From positions 1,743,063-1,807,062 of the forward strand of contig MU053557.1 of the NCBI GenBank assembly GCA_013239625.1: a DNA stretch of 64,000 nucleotides, read 5' to 3'. The position numbers and the translations under genes were made by a program. Positions within the stretch are counted from its first letter, which is position 1; each line of letters opens with the position of its first letter. The notes beneath the pieces were generated by a model. It did no database searches. It was given only the letters and a program-made list of their open reading frames with translations, and was not told the origin of the DNA. Source of the stretch: Lama guanicoe. Lineage: Eukaryota. Shown in pieces: positions 26,560-38,920 of the stretch.

Positions 26560-28370
26560 TGAAGTTAATTTTTTTCTCTCTGCTTTCAGTATTTTCTCTT
26601 CGTCCCTTGCTTACCTCAGTTTCATTATGATGGGTCTAGATAACTACCATATGATCCAACAATCCCACTTCTGGGTATATACCTGGAGGGAACTCTAATT
26701 CAAAAAGATACATGCAGCCCAATGTTCATAGCAGCCCTACTTACAATAACTAAGACATGGACGCAAACTAAATGTCCGTCAACAGATGGCTAGATACAGA
26801 AGTTGTGGAATATTTATACAATGGAATACTACTTAGCCATAAAAAAGAATAAAATAATGCTCTTTGCAGCAAGCAACATAGCTCGATCTAGAGATCATCA
26901 TTCTAAGTAAAGTAAGCCAGAAAGAGAAAAATACCGTATGGTATCACTCACATGTGGAATCTAAAAAAAAAAAAAGAAAAAAAGGACACTATGAATTCAT
27001 CTACAAAACAGCAGTAACAGACTCACAGAGTTAGTAAACAATCTTATGGTTACCAGGGAAAGGGGGTGGGAAGAGATAAATTTGGGAGTTTGAGATTTAC
27101 AAATGTTAGCCACTATATATTAAAAACAGATTTCAAAAAGTTTCTTCTGTATAGCATAGGAAACTATATTCAATATCTTGCAATAACCTTGAATGAAAAA
27201 AATAAGAAAATGAATATATGTATGTATATGCATGACTGGGACATTGTACACCAGAAACTGACATACTGTAACTGACTGTACTTCAATTAAGAAAAAAAAA
27301 TGATGGGTCTAGGTATAACCTTCTTTGTATTTTCCTGTCTAGAGTTTGTAGCTCTCCAGTAATTAGCTGAATCAGTAACTTAACAATTTTTGACAACTTA
27401 GAAAAACTTCTTGACCATTATTGTCTTCAAATACTATCCCTGAAATATCCTTTACTTTTTATTTTCTGGCCCGTATCATATCTTTCACCACGTTTTATTT
27501 GCCTCCTACACTAGTGTATTTTCCATCCTTTTTTTTTCTCCATGCTTAAGACTTTTTCCTACCCTCCAGTTCATCAGTTCTCTGACAAGCAGTGTCTAGC
27601 CTGCTGTTTAACCTGTCAATCCTTATTTCAGTTATTGTTATCTCTTGGTTCCAAATTTTCTCTAAGACTTTTTTGTTATAATTTCCAGTTTTCTAACAAA
27701 ATTATCCGTCTTGTCTTTTAATTTCTCCAGCATATTAATTGTAATTGTCTTAACTGTAACATCTGGATCTCCTGGGGAATGGTTTCCATTATCTGCTTTT
27801 ATCTCTAGCTTGTGTGTTTATTGTTGTTTTGGTCAAATCTCATCTTCTGTACCTAAAATGTTTATTGCATGTGATGTATTATACATGAAAGTTGCAGAGA
27901 TACCTGAGACTGAATGAAGCTATGTTCCTAACAGTGTCCCAAATAAGCAAGATCTGATCACAAAGTGAAATAATTCAAAGATGGGCTTGAGTTACTTTGA
28001 GAGCTAACCTATTTCCGATTCACTCTTACTTCTAGGATCCTCACTGAAACCTTAGGATTTTACCAGGGACCTTCTTCCTTGACAAGCTCTGAACTCCAAC
28101 TTCCCCCCTCATCCTGACTAGTATTCTGAATGCTACATTCACCTTTTCAGGCTTTCAGCTACTTCTTTTGAAATCAACACTCACCCTAAGGAGAGAAGCA
28201 GCACTGATCGCTGTCCTCCCCACATCTTTGTTCTTTAAATCTTCACGTCCTAGGTAGTTCTCTGATGCCTTCAACGAGAATTATTAAATATACTGCCCAG
28301 TGTTTTCAGTTGTCTTCATCCAGAGTTTGGGTCAAGAATAACGTGATCTGGCATTATTAGAAGCAGAATG
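26560..28370 (-). mobile_element. Old L1 ORF1/5' region, antisense, split by a young L1
   Basis: T-rich; ctctctgctttcagtattttctctt...cagtttcattatgatgggtctaggtataaccttctttgtatttt is reverse-complement ORF1-like sequence. Confidence 0.65.
26640..27299 (+). mobile_element. Young 5'-truncated L1
   Basis: ORF2 end (ctaccatatgatccaacaatcccacttctgggtatata), 3'UTR and polyA; perfect 13-bp TSD atgatgggtctag at 26627-26639 and 27300-27312. Confidence 0.95.
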
Positions 28371-29739
28371 CCCCTAAGGTGAATTTTAAGCATGTCAAAT
28401 AGCCTGTATTTATATCTTGATTGATCCAAGCATATTCTTTGAATTTGGCTAAAATTCATTCAGCCATTTCGTATGGCCACACGATGTAACAAGAAGCAAA
28501 CGGAAAGAGGCCCGATATTTATGTTGGCTTGCAGGGTGCTCATAGGAAGAAGTACAGAACTTTCCATCTACCATGCCTGGGCTTTTACTTATTTGCTCTG
28601 ATAACCCAGGAAAATGACAGAAACTCTTTGTTCTTAATTTCCTTATATACAATATCTTAGCTACCTCACAGGTTTATTCGGAGGATTAATTAGAACACAT
28701 AGACAAAAGTACCTAATACAGGGCCTGACCTGTGGTAGGCATTCAACAGATACTCGTTTAATCATGATTTATAGAACCAAGACCATTTATCCTTCCTCTT
28801 GCAAAGGTTATCGCTTTAAGGAAAGAGGTCTAACAGACAGCAATAAGAGTTGTCTCTTCCACTGAATTCCCAGCATCCATGCAAGGGTTTGGTGTCAGCG
28901 TGCGGATTCGGGAGCAGAACTATGCTATTCCTTCCCTTAAAATGGATCCAACTGTGAATTTTGTTAAAATAAGGAATCAGGGTGGAAAAGGAAAGTTTTC
29001 AAATTTAAAAGAAGGACAAACCCAGACCTGGCAGTTACTGGGTGACGCTACCCTCTGGCCTCATCAAGGATACGTTAGCTGCAAGTGAAGTGAGCTCCTC
29101 AGTGCTGACAGATGCATCAGGCACAAACTCTGGACTCATGGAGTGCTGACTCTGCCTCGGGGACAGAGCAGCTAAGGTGACTTCTCCAAGAGACAGAGGC
29201 TCCCAGTGTCCCCTTTTGCTCATAACATTTCCGTTCTATCAACCATGACATGTTAAGCACTCTGCCTTCTTTCTCTCTCTGCCTTCTCCCAACATCGCAG
29301 TAATAGAGGTGCCATGATTCCCCCTTCCCCTCCCATATTCCACAGGCCAGCAAAATCATGCTTAAAGAAGTCAGATCGCACCCAAAGTCACACAGCCAGT
29401 AGGTGGCAGGCCATTCAGTTAAAATTTACTGAACACCTGCTCTGTGCCAGGCAATGTGCTAAGTACTGAGGCTACAACAATGAACCAGAAAACATCCCTG
29501 CAAAGGTAAGCGAAGGAAGGAAACAGAAAGGACACACTCCTGAGCATGTGCTCTAAAAACAGCACCTTTTATATTACGGTGTCGATGAGACCATTGCTAG
29601 GACTGTGAAGAAAAACTGCCAAAGGAAGAGTGAAAGCAAAACCACAAGACATATGGAAATGGTAGTCAAAGGGTGGCCGCACACCCTACTTAGCCACAGC
29701 CCCTCCTGGAATTACTACCCATCATGGACCTAGCATTTT

Positions 29740-30090
29740 CATGAGGATGAAGGCAGGACATGAAAATCAATAAATAAGCAAGACAACTATAGATTAAGCA
29801 CTGAGAGGAAAATAAATCAGGCTAGTGGGATAAGGAGCAACTGGGAGAGGGTTCTTTGGTAGTGTGTTCGAGAAAAGCCTCCCTGAAGATGTGGTGTGTA
29901 TCCTGAGATTGGAAGGATGGAAGGTGAGAGGCAGACACATCTGGACTTGATGTGGGAAGAGCTCTGCACGTTGAACTGTGTCTGCAGTGGAGGCAGAAAA
30001 GTGGAGTCCAAAATGAGATGTGGCTGGAGCCAAGGGAGGGTCAGATCACACAGGACGTGGTAGTGTCATGGCACAGACTGAGAGATCACT
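29740..30090 (-). mobile_element. L2 remnant
   Basis: gagaaaagcctccctgaagatgtggtgtgtatcctgagattggaaggatgg...gggtcagatcacacaggac. Confidence 0.6.
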
Positions 30091-30687
30091 GAGGCTGTGT
30101 ATATTTCACTTTGCAACTGGCAATGACGTAGTCTTACTCCCCGGATCTCAGAGAGTGCTCAGCAATAGCACAGGTAGAAGAAGGCCAGTACCATTTTGTC
30201 ATGGTTTCCATCCAGAACTTTGCAGCTGGTTCCTTTCACACTCAGTTCACAGTTAGAAACCACCTTGTACAGTTTACTGAACACACACAATACTGTACTG
30301 TACGTAATGTGATAAATATCATTACAACAGCAGCCATATTACCATATATAAATGCATCAAACACAAGGCACACCTTAAATTTACAGTTGCATATCATATT
30401 TATCCAATATAAATACATACATACATACACACCAGGATAAGCCAAAAAAAGAAAGCTCCTCATTTCCATTTCACTCCCTCAGGTCTTATGTGTGCACTTT
30501 TCTCGCCATACTAAACTATCATTTTGTTTTAAGGCAGCACCCACTGTAACTATTCCAGTGCTTCGCACATAGTAAATGCTCAATAAATGTTAGTTAAGGT
30601 GATTTTTAAAAACAGGCAGGGGCTTAACACTAGAAACTCTGAGCATTCATCACCAAAGGCTGGTGGGAGCCAAGAAGAAAAGGACTC

Positions 30688-30792
30688 AATATATATAAAT
30701 GTATGTATACGTATAACTGAATCACTTTGCTGTATACCTGAAACCAACATTGTAAATCAACTACACTTCAATTTTAAAAATTAGGGGGGGGG
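30688..30792 (+). mobile_element. Very short L1 3' tail insertion
   Basis: gtataactgaatcactttgctgtatacctgaaaccaacattgtaaatcaactacacttcaat; TSD gaag(a/c)aaaggactc at 30674-30687 and 30793-30806. Confidence 0.85.
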
Positions 30793-32065
30793 GAAGCAAA
30801 GGACTCTCCTAGCTCAGAATAAGGGGTGTGGAGGACGTGGCAGGAAAGGGAGCCACAAGCCAACCTCTCCTGTACCCCTTTAAAACTGCTTCTTCGGTCA
30901 CTAGCACTTACCCTTAACCTTTGAGTGGGGAGACATGAACTTGGGAGAGTGACCTTTGAGAACCCAGCCTCACTGAAGTACACTAGTGATTGTTCTAGAT
31001 AGTGCAATTCAAAGACAAACAAAAAGACTGTTTTAAATTATGCTTTCAGCTCGGATGAGAAAATAATAGTTGCCGTTATTTTTGAAGAAAGCCACGCTAT
31101 GTCTCCAGGTCTCTGCCAGCATCTCTATCAATTACACGTACTGAGTAAGCAGCAGTGAGACACCGCTAATTGGAACTCCAATGGCCAGCTTTTACCGATT
31201 TCTAACTTAGCGCTTCTGCCAGGAGCTGGGTTCATTTTCTCAAACGAGGAAGATAAATAAAAGAACTGGGGCTTTAGGATATCCCGTTACTGTACTGCAG
31301 GAAAGAAAATACCCCGTTTTCTTTTGTTTCAAGTCAAATTGTCAAGTGACTGAAATCACAGTATTTGGATGATTTTTTTTTTTTTACTATGCTCTACGTT
31401 TAAACTAACACACACACCTCGTCTCACCTTTACCCCACATTCGTTGCATTCAGAGCATCACTACCTCGGTTTGGCAGGGACAGGACAGCTTACTGAAAAC
31501 GGTGATATTTGAATCATAAAGGATGAGTAAGAGTTTCAAAAGTAAACAAGGGAGCTGTTGTTAATAAGGTAATGCAACTTCATTTCACGCGATAAATGAA
31601 TTCTTGGCTGTTTTTACTTCTCGTTGTATATTTAGTATCAAGGTATAGTGTGTCTAGGTGGGAAGGGATCAGAAAAGGGGAGCAGGAGGGCACTTAGTGC
31701 CTAGAAAAAGACCTAAACATACAATATAATAATAATGCTAGTGGTAGTAATATTAGTAGTTGCTATCTTATTGTACTACTGTGTTAGAAATAGTGATGAA
31801 TATTTTCCATACATTATTTTATCTCTGCTCACAAAATCACCATGGGAAACATTACGCCATTTTGACAATAATGAAACTCAAGTTCAGAAGCTAAATCACT
31901 AGCCTAAGGGTTTGGAGTTAATAACAAGCAAGACCAACACTCACATGAATTTCTCTGGAGGACAGACAGTGCCGTGATTAAGAGTAGAGACTTAAAAGTA
32001 AAAAACAAAACAAAACAAGACTATATGCTGGGACATAAGCCTCCCTTAGACTTTTCATGTATTTC

Positions 32066-32160
32066 TTTTTTTTTTTTCTTTTTTAATACTGAAGTACAGT
32101 CAATTACAACATGTCAATTTCTGGTGCACAGCACAATGTCTCAGTACATATATCCATTTT
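32066..32160 (-). mobile_element. Very short antisense L1 3' tail
   Basis: polyT followed by actgaagtacagtcaattacaacatgtcaatttctggtgcacagcacaatgtc, the reverse complement of the L1 3' end seen at 27240-27299. Confidence 0.8.
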
Positions 32161-34420
32161 CATATTTCTTTTCTAAATTATGAAGGCATTAAAGTCTATC
32201 ACCTCTACCACCCCTTCGAGCTCCATGCTTCAAAGTCTTCATTACCCAGCCGAAGGCTGGACTGCCCCCTGGGTTTTCTTTCCTGATCTGACCCTCCCAC
32301 ACCAGCTCCCAGCTCCTCCCCCTACCTCTCTAGGCAGAATTGAGCCCAAGAGTGAATCTGAGAAGAAAACTTTTTCTTATATTCTATCACTGAAGGGGAA
32401 GCCTGAGAAAAAATATGCTTGCTTGATGGCTCCAGCACTAACAGCAGTGCTTTCTAAACCACGAAAAGGACTCTTGAAATAAAGAATTAATGGATTCCAG
32501 AGCCAGCATTAGGCTGATTGGTGCCAATGGGGTTCTGCATAATTTAGTGTTATACTGTCAACTACGAAATATCTTTGGGCAGCAGAGTACGTTTCCTTTG
32601 AACAACATGAATTGTCAGAAGGTGCAAGAGCAGAAGAGGGAACAATGTCAGAGACACTAATATCCAAAATGCATCTGAAGCGTTTGAACAAAATTGTCTC
32701 AAAAATATAGAAGTGGAAATGAAGAAATTTTAAAGTCATATACTACCTCCTGATATATGTATATGTAATGACCTAAGTGACTTAAATATTATTTGCAGAT
32801 CAGTAACTATTTCATCTGTAGACTTAGATGTGTATTTGCTCAGTTGGACCAAAAAAATTTTTTTTAGTTTTATGATTTTTGAAGAAAAGGCAGGATCACC
32901 TAACATTCAAGATTGCTGTATTTGTGGACCTTTGTAGGTAAGGAACAGGAGGTAACCTCAACCTTACTCCTGAGATTCATAACCAATCTTGAGCACCTTC
33001 CTTATGCCAGGTGGCAAGCTAGTCTCTGGAAATGGAGGAAGTCCCATGGGGCTTTAGGGCAGTAACTGTCAACAGGTGTTGAGTGAAAGCATTTACTGCC
33101 TTCATTCTGCCTTTCATATACACACACTAGGCCATTATTCTTTGTGTTGGTAAACATACAGTCTCTTTCAACACCAGCTGGATGGTGTGCTATGTGTCTT
33201 TTCTTTGCACCCTGTCATACCCAACTCTCTGCAGCAGCACATAATCCACTGAACTCTACATTCCAACAGGCATGGCTTTCACAGTAGGAAAAACTCAGCT
33301 CAAGAATCATTGCTGATCATCATTTGACAGCCCACTTCTGCTAGGGTTGCCGGTTGAGGTCCCCTGCCTAGAAGTATTCAGACAGAACAAACTGCTTCAT
33401 TGTCTGATCCAATGGATACCTCTGGGACCAAAAGTACTTCCCCACTGATCTGTCACACTGCCAGAGATGCACACCCTGATCATGAGTCCATGACCCTAAA
33501 AACAAACAAGCCACCAAAAACAAAGCATTACGCTTAGAAGTAATATTTAGACGGAGAAATCCACGGGCCATCTGAGGATAACTTATTCCGAATGACACAC
33601 GGTCAACAATTTAAAAGTGAAGACTCCGAAGAAATGTGACCCAAGATGTTGGGTGAGTTTGAAAAGGAGGGAGTAATAGAAGGAGCTAGTTGTATTTTCC
33701 CAAGGAAACAGGGCCCTGCCCTGAGGATGGTAAACATCTTAGCAAAACAAAGAGAACAGACAGAGCAGAGCCAAAGGAGACTTAGCAGAGCCTCCGTAGC
33801 TTGGTCAGGGAGGGCCTCAACTAGGTGAAGATACAGGATTCTGTCTGCACATCATTTTTTCCCCCAGTTACGATGTGATGCCTCTGGGTCCAGTGCCAGG
33901 CACTTGTTTAGATCAGTATCCCACTGTGAACGAATCCTGGCAGCTGCTGCTCCTTATCCTACTGTGCTACTGATGAAATCTCCAGCAAAGACAACCGACG
34001 AACCAACCATTCCTACCTGCTGACCATCTGCTCTTTGGAAATAAATCATGGAATCAGAGAAAATCAGGGAGACATCAGATCATAGAAAAGAGGACTGACT
34101 GTGACTTCACTCACATATGGGAAAATCCTGGCTTCCCGTGTCACTATGCAAGCTCATTTTGGCCTAAGGGCATTGCTTTTCTGATTCATTCTTTCCCTGG
34201 CTCCTCACCCCCAATCCCCAACCTTAAACTCCCTCTTCAGCACTTGCCGGATTATAGGGCAGGAAGAAAGACAAGGAAAGTCAGTTGCTTTTTGGTAAGC
34301 AGCTCCCTTGTCTTCAAACCAGAAGTACGGATTCTACACCTACAGTCTACAGTGAAATTTAACATAGTGACTTTAGATTCCCTTGGAATTCCAGATTCAG
34401 TCATCAAGAGAAATGAGAGA

Positions 34421-35620
34421 GAAGGGCCAAGATGGTGGAGTAGAAGGACGCTCGCAGCTCACGTTGTCCCACGGATACACCCAGAGTGAGATCCATGGAC
34501 CCACCTGTCCACTCAGAACACCCGCTGAATTTTGACAGAACACCGCCTTCTTCAAAAGACAAAATTCGCCACAACTCTGGTAGAAGAAAAGGAAAAAAGA
34601 AAGAAAAAGGAAAACAGTGCGGGACAGGTCCCGCAGGGAGGGAGCCGCGAAGGCGGAATAGCGCTCGTTCGCTGGGTCTCCCCTTCTCCAACGGAGAGGC
34701 CAGCGGCATGGAGGGGGAGCCTCCAAGGCTCGAATCTGTATGGAAGAGCCCTTGACTGGCAGAACTAAATTAAACGGCACAAAGTGTCACCATAACCCCA
34801 AGCCCTGGACGCGAACCCGCAGGGCTGGGACAGGACGGGCCGCCTGAGGGGGCGGAGGACTCGGGCTGGCGGGACAGAGGCAGCCTCCGGGGGGACTGCG
34901 GGGTGCTGTGCACCGTGGCTGGGAGGGTTTACAGAGCAGAACCACCTGGGTTCCCCATAAAATACAAAAAAAACCCCACAAAGCAACACGGCTGGTGTGC
35001 CCTGGGTGGGGGAGGGGCGCCGTAGCCTTTGTCTCCTCAGACCCCCGGCGCCATTACTGGCGGGGCTCGGCATAGCCACCATGCTCTCTGGCATGCGGCT
35101 CCCAGGCGGGGGTGGGGTGGAAACCTGAACGCGTACCTGGGGCTCCGCAACCTCACAGGCGGGACTGAGGTTTGTTTACAGCCTCAGGCAGAGACCATTC
35201 TGACCTGGTGCCTCTGTGACAGACGAACTAGGAGCGGAGTTCCCGCACAGAGCGGGGCAGGGCTTGCGCAGCCGTTCCTTCCGAGCCCGCCTACAGCGCG
35301 GGAGCAGCACTGATCACGGGAGGGACCCGCCCACCTATCGTGCACGCGCGCTGCGTCAGGACGCAGCGTAGGGAGGGGGCGCGATCCGTCCGCAAACCAG
35401 CGCTAGGAGCCCCACAGATGGGGCACGACCCAAGGGCCTCTGGAACCAGCGAGCAGAGTTCGCGCAGCAGGACAAGAGCAGAACAACAACAGCCACAGAA
35501 CAAAAAGGAGGCCCCGCTCAATGGCGGGCGGGCTCTGGCCACACCCCCAACCAAAGGGACAAAAGACAAAAGGCACGGAAGGAAGACTTAGCAACCACCC
35601 ATACTTAAGGACCGCTGAAC
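34421..35620 (+). promoter_or_regulatory. L1 5'UTR internal promoter / CpG island
   Basis: The only extended GC- and CpG-rich stretch in the window; YY1-type motif caagatggtgg (CpG-decayed caagatggcgg) at the 5' end. Confidence 0.8.
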
Positions 35621-35938
35621 AAAATTATTAAGAGCACAGTCTCCACGGGAACACATTCACCTTTTTTCTTTTCTTTCAATTTTTAAGATTTTTTTAATTT
35701 TTTTATTTTTAATCCCTTCAATTTATATATATAAATTTATCTCAATTTGATTTTCATTTCTCTTCATTTTGTTCTTGTTATTGATTATACTGTTTTCAAA
35801 TCTTTTTTTCTTCTTTTAAATTATTTTTCAGTTTTATTTCTGCAATCTGCTTTAGATAAATAAATAAATAAACCCCTTCAGGACCACAGTAGATAACTGA
35901 CACTCCATAACCCATAATGCCAGAGAGATACAAGTAAA

Positions 35939-36818
35939 ATGAAGAAGCAGAGGAACCACTCCCAATTAAAAGAACAAGAGAAATCCCCTGAAAGAACGAT
36001 CAATGAAATGGTCCTTGATAGTCTACTAGATCCATGATTTCAAAAACAGGAGTGATCAAAGTACTGAAGGAACTAAAAGAGATTGTGAATAGAGACAGAG
36101 AATATGTCAAAAAGGAAATTGAAACTATAAAAAGGAGCCAATTAAAAATGGAAAACTCATTTGCTGAGATAAGAGCTGAGCTAAAGATTGTAAAAGCAGG
36201 CTAGATAATGCGGAGGAATGAATAAGTGACCTAGAAGACAGGATAACAGAAGTTACCTAATCAGAACAGCAGAGAGAAAAATAAAAACTAGTGAAAACAA
36301 TACAAGGGACCTATGGGATAATATAAAGGATACCAGCCTACATGTAATAGGGGTCCCATAAGGAGAAGAAAGACCAAAGGGGATAGAAAAGGTATTTCAA
36401 GAAATCATGACTGAAAACTTCCCAAACCTAAAGAAGGAATCAGATATTCAAGTACAGGAAGCACAGAGGGTCCCAAACAAGAAGAACCCAAATAGACCCA
36501 CACCAAGACATATATTATGATCAGGATGGCCAGGGTTAAGGATAAAGAAATGATCTTAAAGGCAGAAAGAGAAAAGCAAAGAGTTAGTTACAAGGGAAAT
36601 CCCATAAGGCTCTCAGCTGATTTCTCTACACAAACACTGCAGGCCAGAAGGGAGTGGCAAGATATATTCAAAGTCCCAAATGAGAAAAAGATACAGCCTA
36701 GGACACTTTATCCAGCAAGGCTATCCTTTGGAATAGAAGGAAAGATAACTTCACAGACAAGCAAGAATTTAGCAACACTAAACCTAAGCTAAAAGAAATT
36801 TTGAAAGGACTACTCTAA
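35939..36818 (+). pseudogene. L1 ORF1p remnant (disrupted)
   Basis: ATG MKKQRNHSQLKEQEKSPE...; later YKGNPIRLSADFSTQTLQARREWQDIFK; frameshifts and in-frame stops (e.g. gaggaaTGAata). Confidence 0.9.
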
Positions 36819-37201
36819 ATAGAAAAAATGCAGGATGCCACACAAAGGAGAAAACCATAATTGGAAAGGTGATAATTACAGTGAATTACAACAGAATAAA
36901 CATCAAGTTGTAAAAGAGACCATCTAAATCATTAACAGCGGCAGAGGGGAGCCAGAAAATACAAAGTTTTTTTTTTCTCTCAGTAGGATGGATTTGAGCT
37001 TGTATTACTATCAGCTTAAAACAGATATAGTAATGGGTTAATATATGTACAAAACAGGGTAATCACAGGACTAAAGCTTACAATAGAGTCACAAAAACTA
37101 AAAAGAGACCAAGATAATACAAAGGAAAATTATCAAACCACAAAAAGATAAAGAAAGGAACAAAGAGGAAAAACCAAATCAACCTCAAAACTCAGTTCAA
37201 A

Positions 37202-38920
37202 ATGTCAATAAACACACATCTACCAATAATCGTCCCTATATGCAGATGACATGATACTATAAGTAGAAAACCCTAAAAGCTCCACAAAAAAACTACTAGA
37301 GCTAATTAAAGAATTCAGCAAGGTAGCAGGATACAAGATTAATGTCCAAAAATCAGTTTCATTTCTTTACACTAACAGGAAAAGAAAGTAAAGAAACAAT
37401 CCCTTTTAAAATAGCACCCAAAGTAAGAAAATACCTAGGAATAAATATATACATGGAAAACTACAAAACATTGATTAAGGAAATTAAAGAAAACTTAAAG
37501 AAATGGAAACATACCCCATGCTCTTGGTTTATAGGAATCAATATTGTTAAAATGGCCATACTGCCCAAGGCAATCTACAGATTTAATGCAATCCCTATCA
37601 AATTACCCAGGACATTTTTCACAGAACTAGAACAAATAATCTTAAAATTTATATGGAATCACAGGCGACCCAGAATTGCCAAAGGACCACTGAAGAAAAC
37701 GATGGAAGCTAGAGGAATAACCCTCCCAGACTTCAGACAATACTACAGAGCTATAGTAACAGCATAATACTGGTACAAAAACAGACATATGGGCCAATGG
37801 AACAGACTAGAGAGCCCAGAAATGAACCCACAAAATTTTGGTCAATTAATCTTTGACAAAGGAGGCAAGAACATACAGTGGAATAAAGACTATCTCTTCA
37901 GCAAATGGTGTTGGGAAAACTGGACAGCTGCATGTAAATCAATGAAATTAGAATACTCCATGACACCATACACAAAAATAAATTCAAAATGTATTAAAGA
38001 CTTAAACATAAGACAAGACACAATAAATCTCCTAGAAGAAAACATAGGCTAAACACTATCTGACATATATCTTAGCAGTGTTCTCCTAGAGCAGTCTACC
38101 CAAGCAATAGAAATAAAAGCAAAATAAACAAATGGGACCTAGTTAAACTTACAATCTTTTGCACAGCAAAGGAATCCATAAGCAAAACAAAACAACAACC
38201 TACAGGATGGGAGAAAATGTTTGGAAAAGATGAGACTGACAAGGGCTTGATTTCCAGACTATATAAACAGCTCATAAGACTTAAGAAAAAACAAACAACC
38301 CAATCCAAAAATGGGCAGAAGACCTAAACAAGCAAATTCTCCAGTGAAGACATATGAATGGCCAACAGGCACATGGAAAAATGCTCAGTATCATTAATTA
38401 TCAGAGAAATGCAAATCAAAACTACAATGAGGTATCACCTCACACCAGTCAGAATGGCCATCATTCAAAAGTCAACAAATGATAAATGCTGGAGAGGGTG
38501 TGGAGAAAAGGGGACCCGCCTACACTGTTGGTGGGAATGTAGTTTGGTGCAGCCATTGTGGAAAACAGTATGGAGATTCCTCAAAAGACTAAAAATAGAC
38601 TTACCATATGACCCCACAATTCCACTCCTGGATATACATCCAGAGGGAACCTTAATTCAAAAAGACACCTGCACCCCAATGTTCATAGCAAAACTATTTA
38701 CAATAGCCAAGACATGGAAAGAACCTAAATGTCCATCAACAGATGCCTGGATAAAGATGACGTGATATATTTAAACTATGGAATACTACTCAGCCATAAA
38801 AATGATAAAATAACGCCATTTGCAGCAACATGGATGGCCCTGGAGAATGTCATTCTAAGTGAAGTAAGCCAGAAGGAGAAAGAAAAATACCATATGATAT
38901 CACTCATATTTGTAATCTTA
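37202..38920 (+). pseudogene. L1 ORF2p remnant lacking the endonuclease and N-terminal RT
   Basis: [10 protein letters not shown] start joined at about 37231 to SLYADDMIL; then [24 protein letters not shown] and [18 protein letters not shown]; several frameshifts. Confidence 0.9.

Noticed and set aside
34244..35594. Dense overlapping ORFs on both strands
   Set aside because: Expected from stop-codon scarcity in the GC-rich L1 5'UTR; no evidence for an ORF0-like product.
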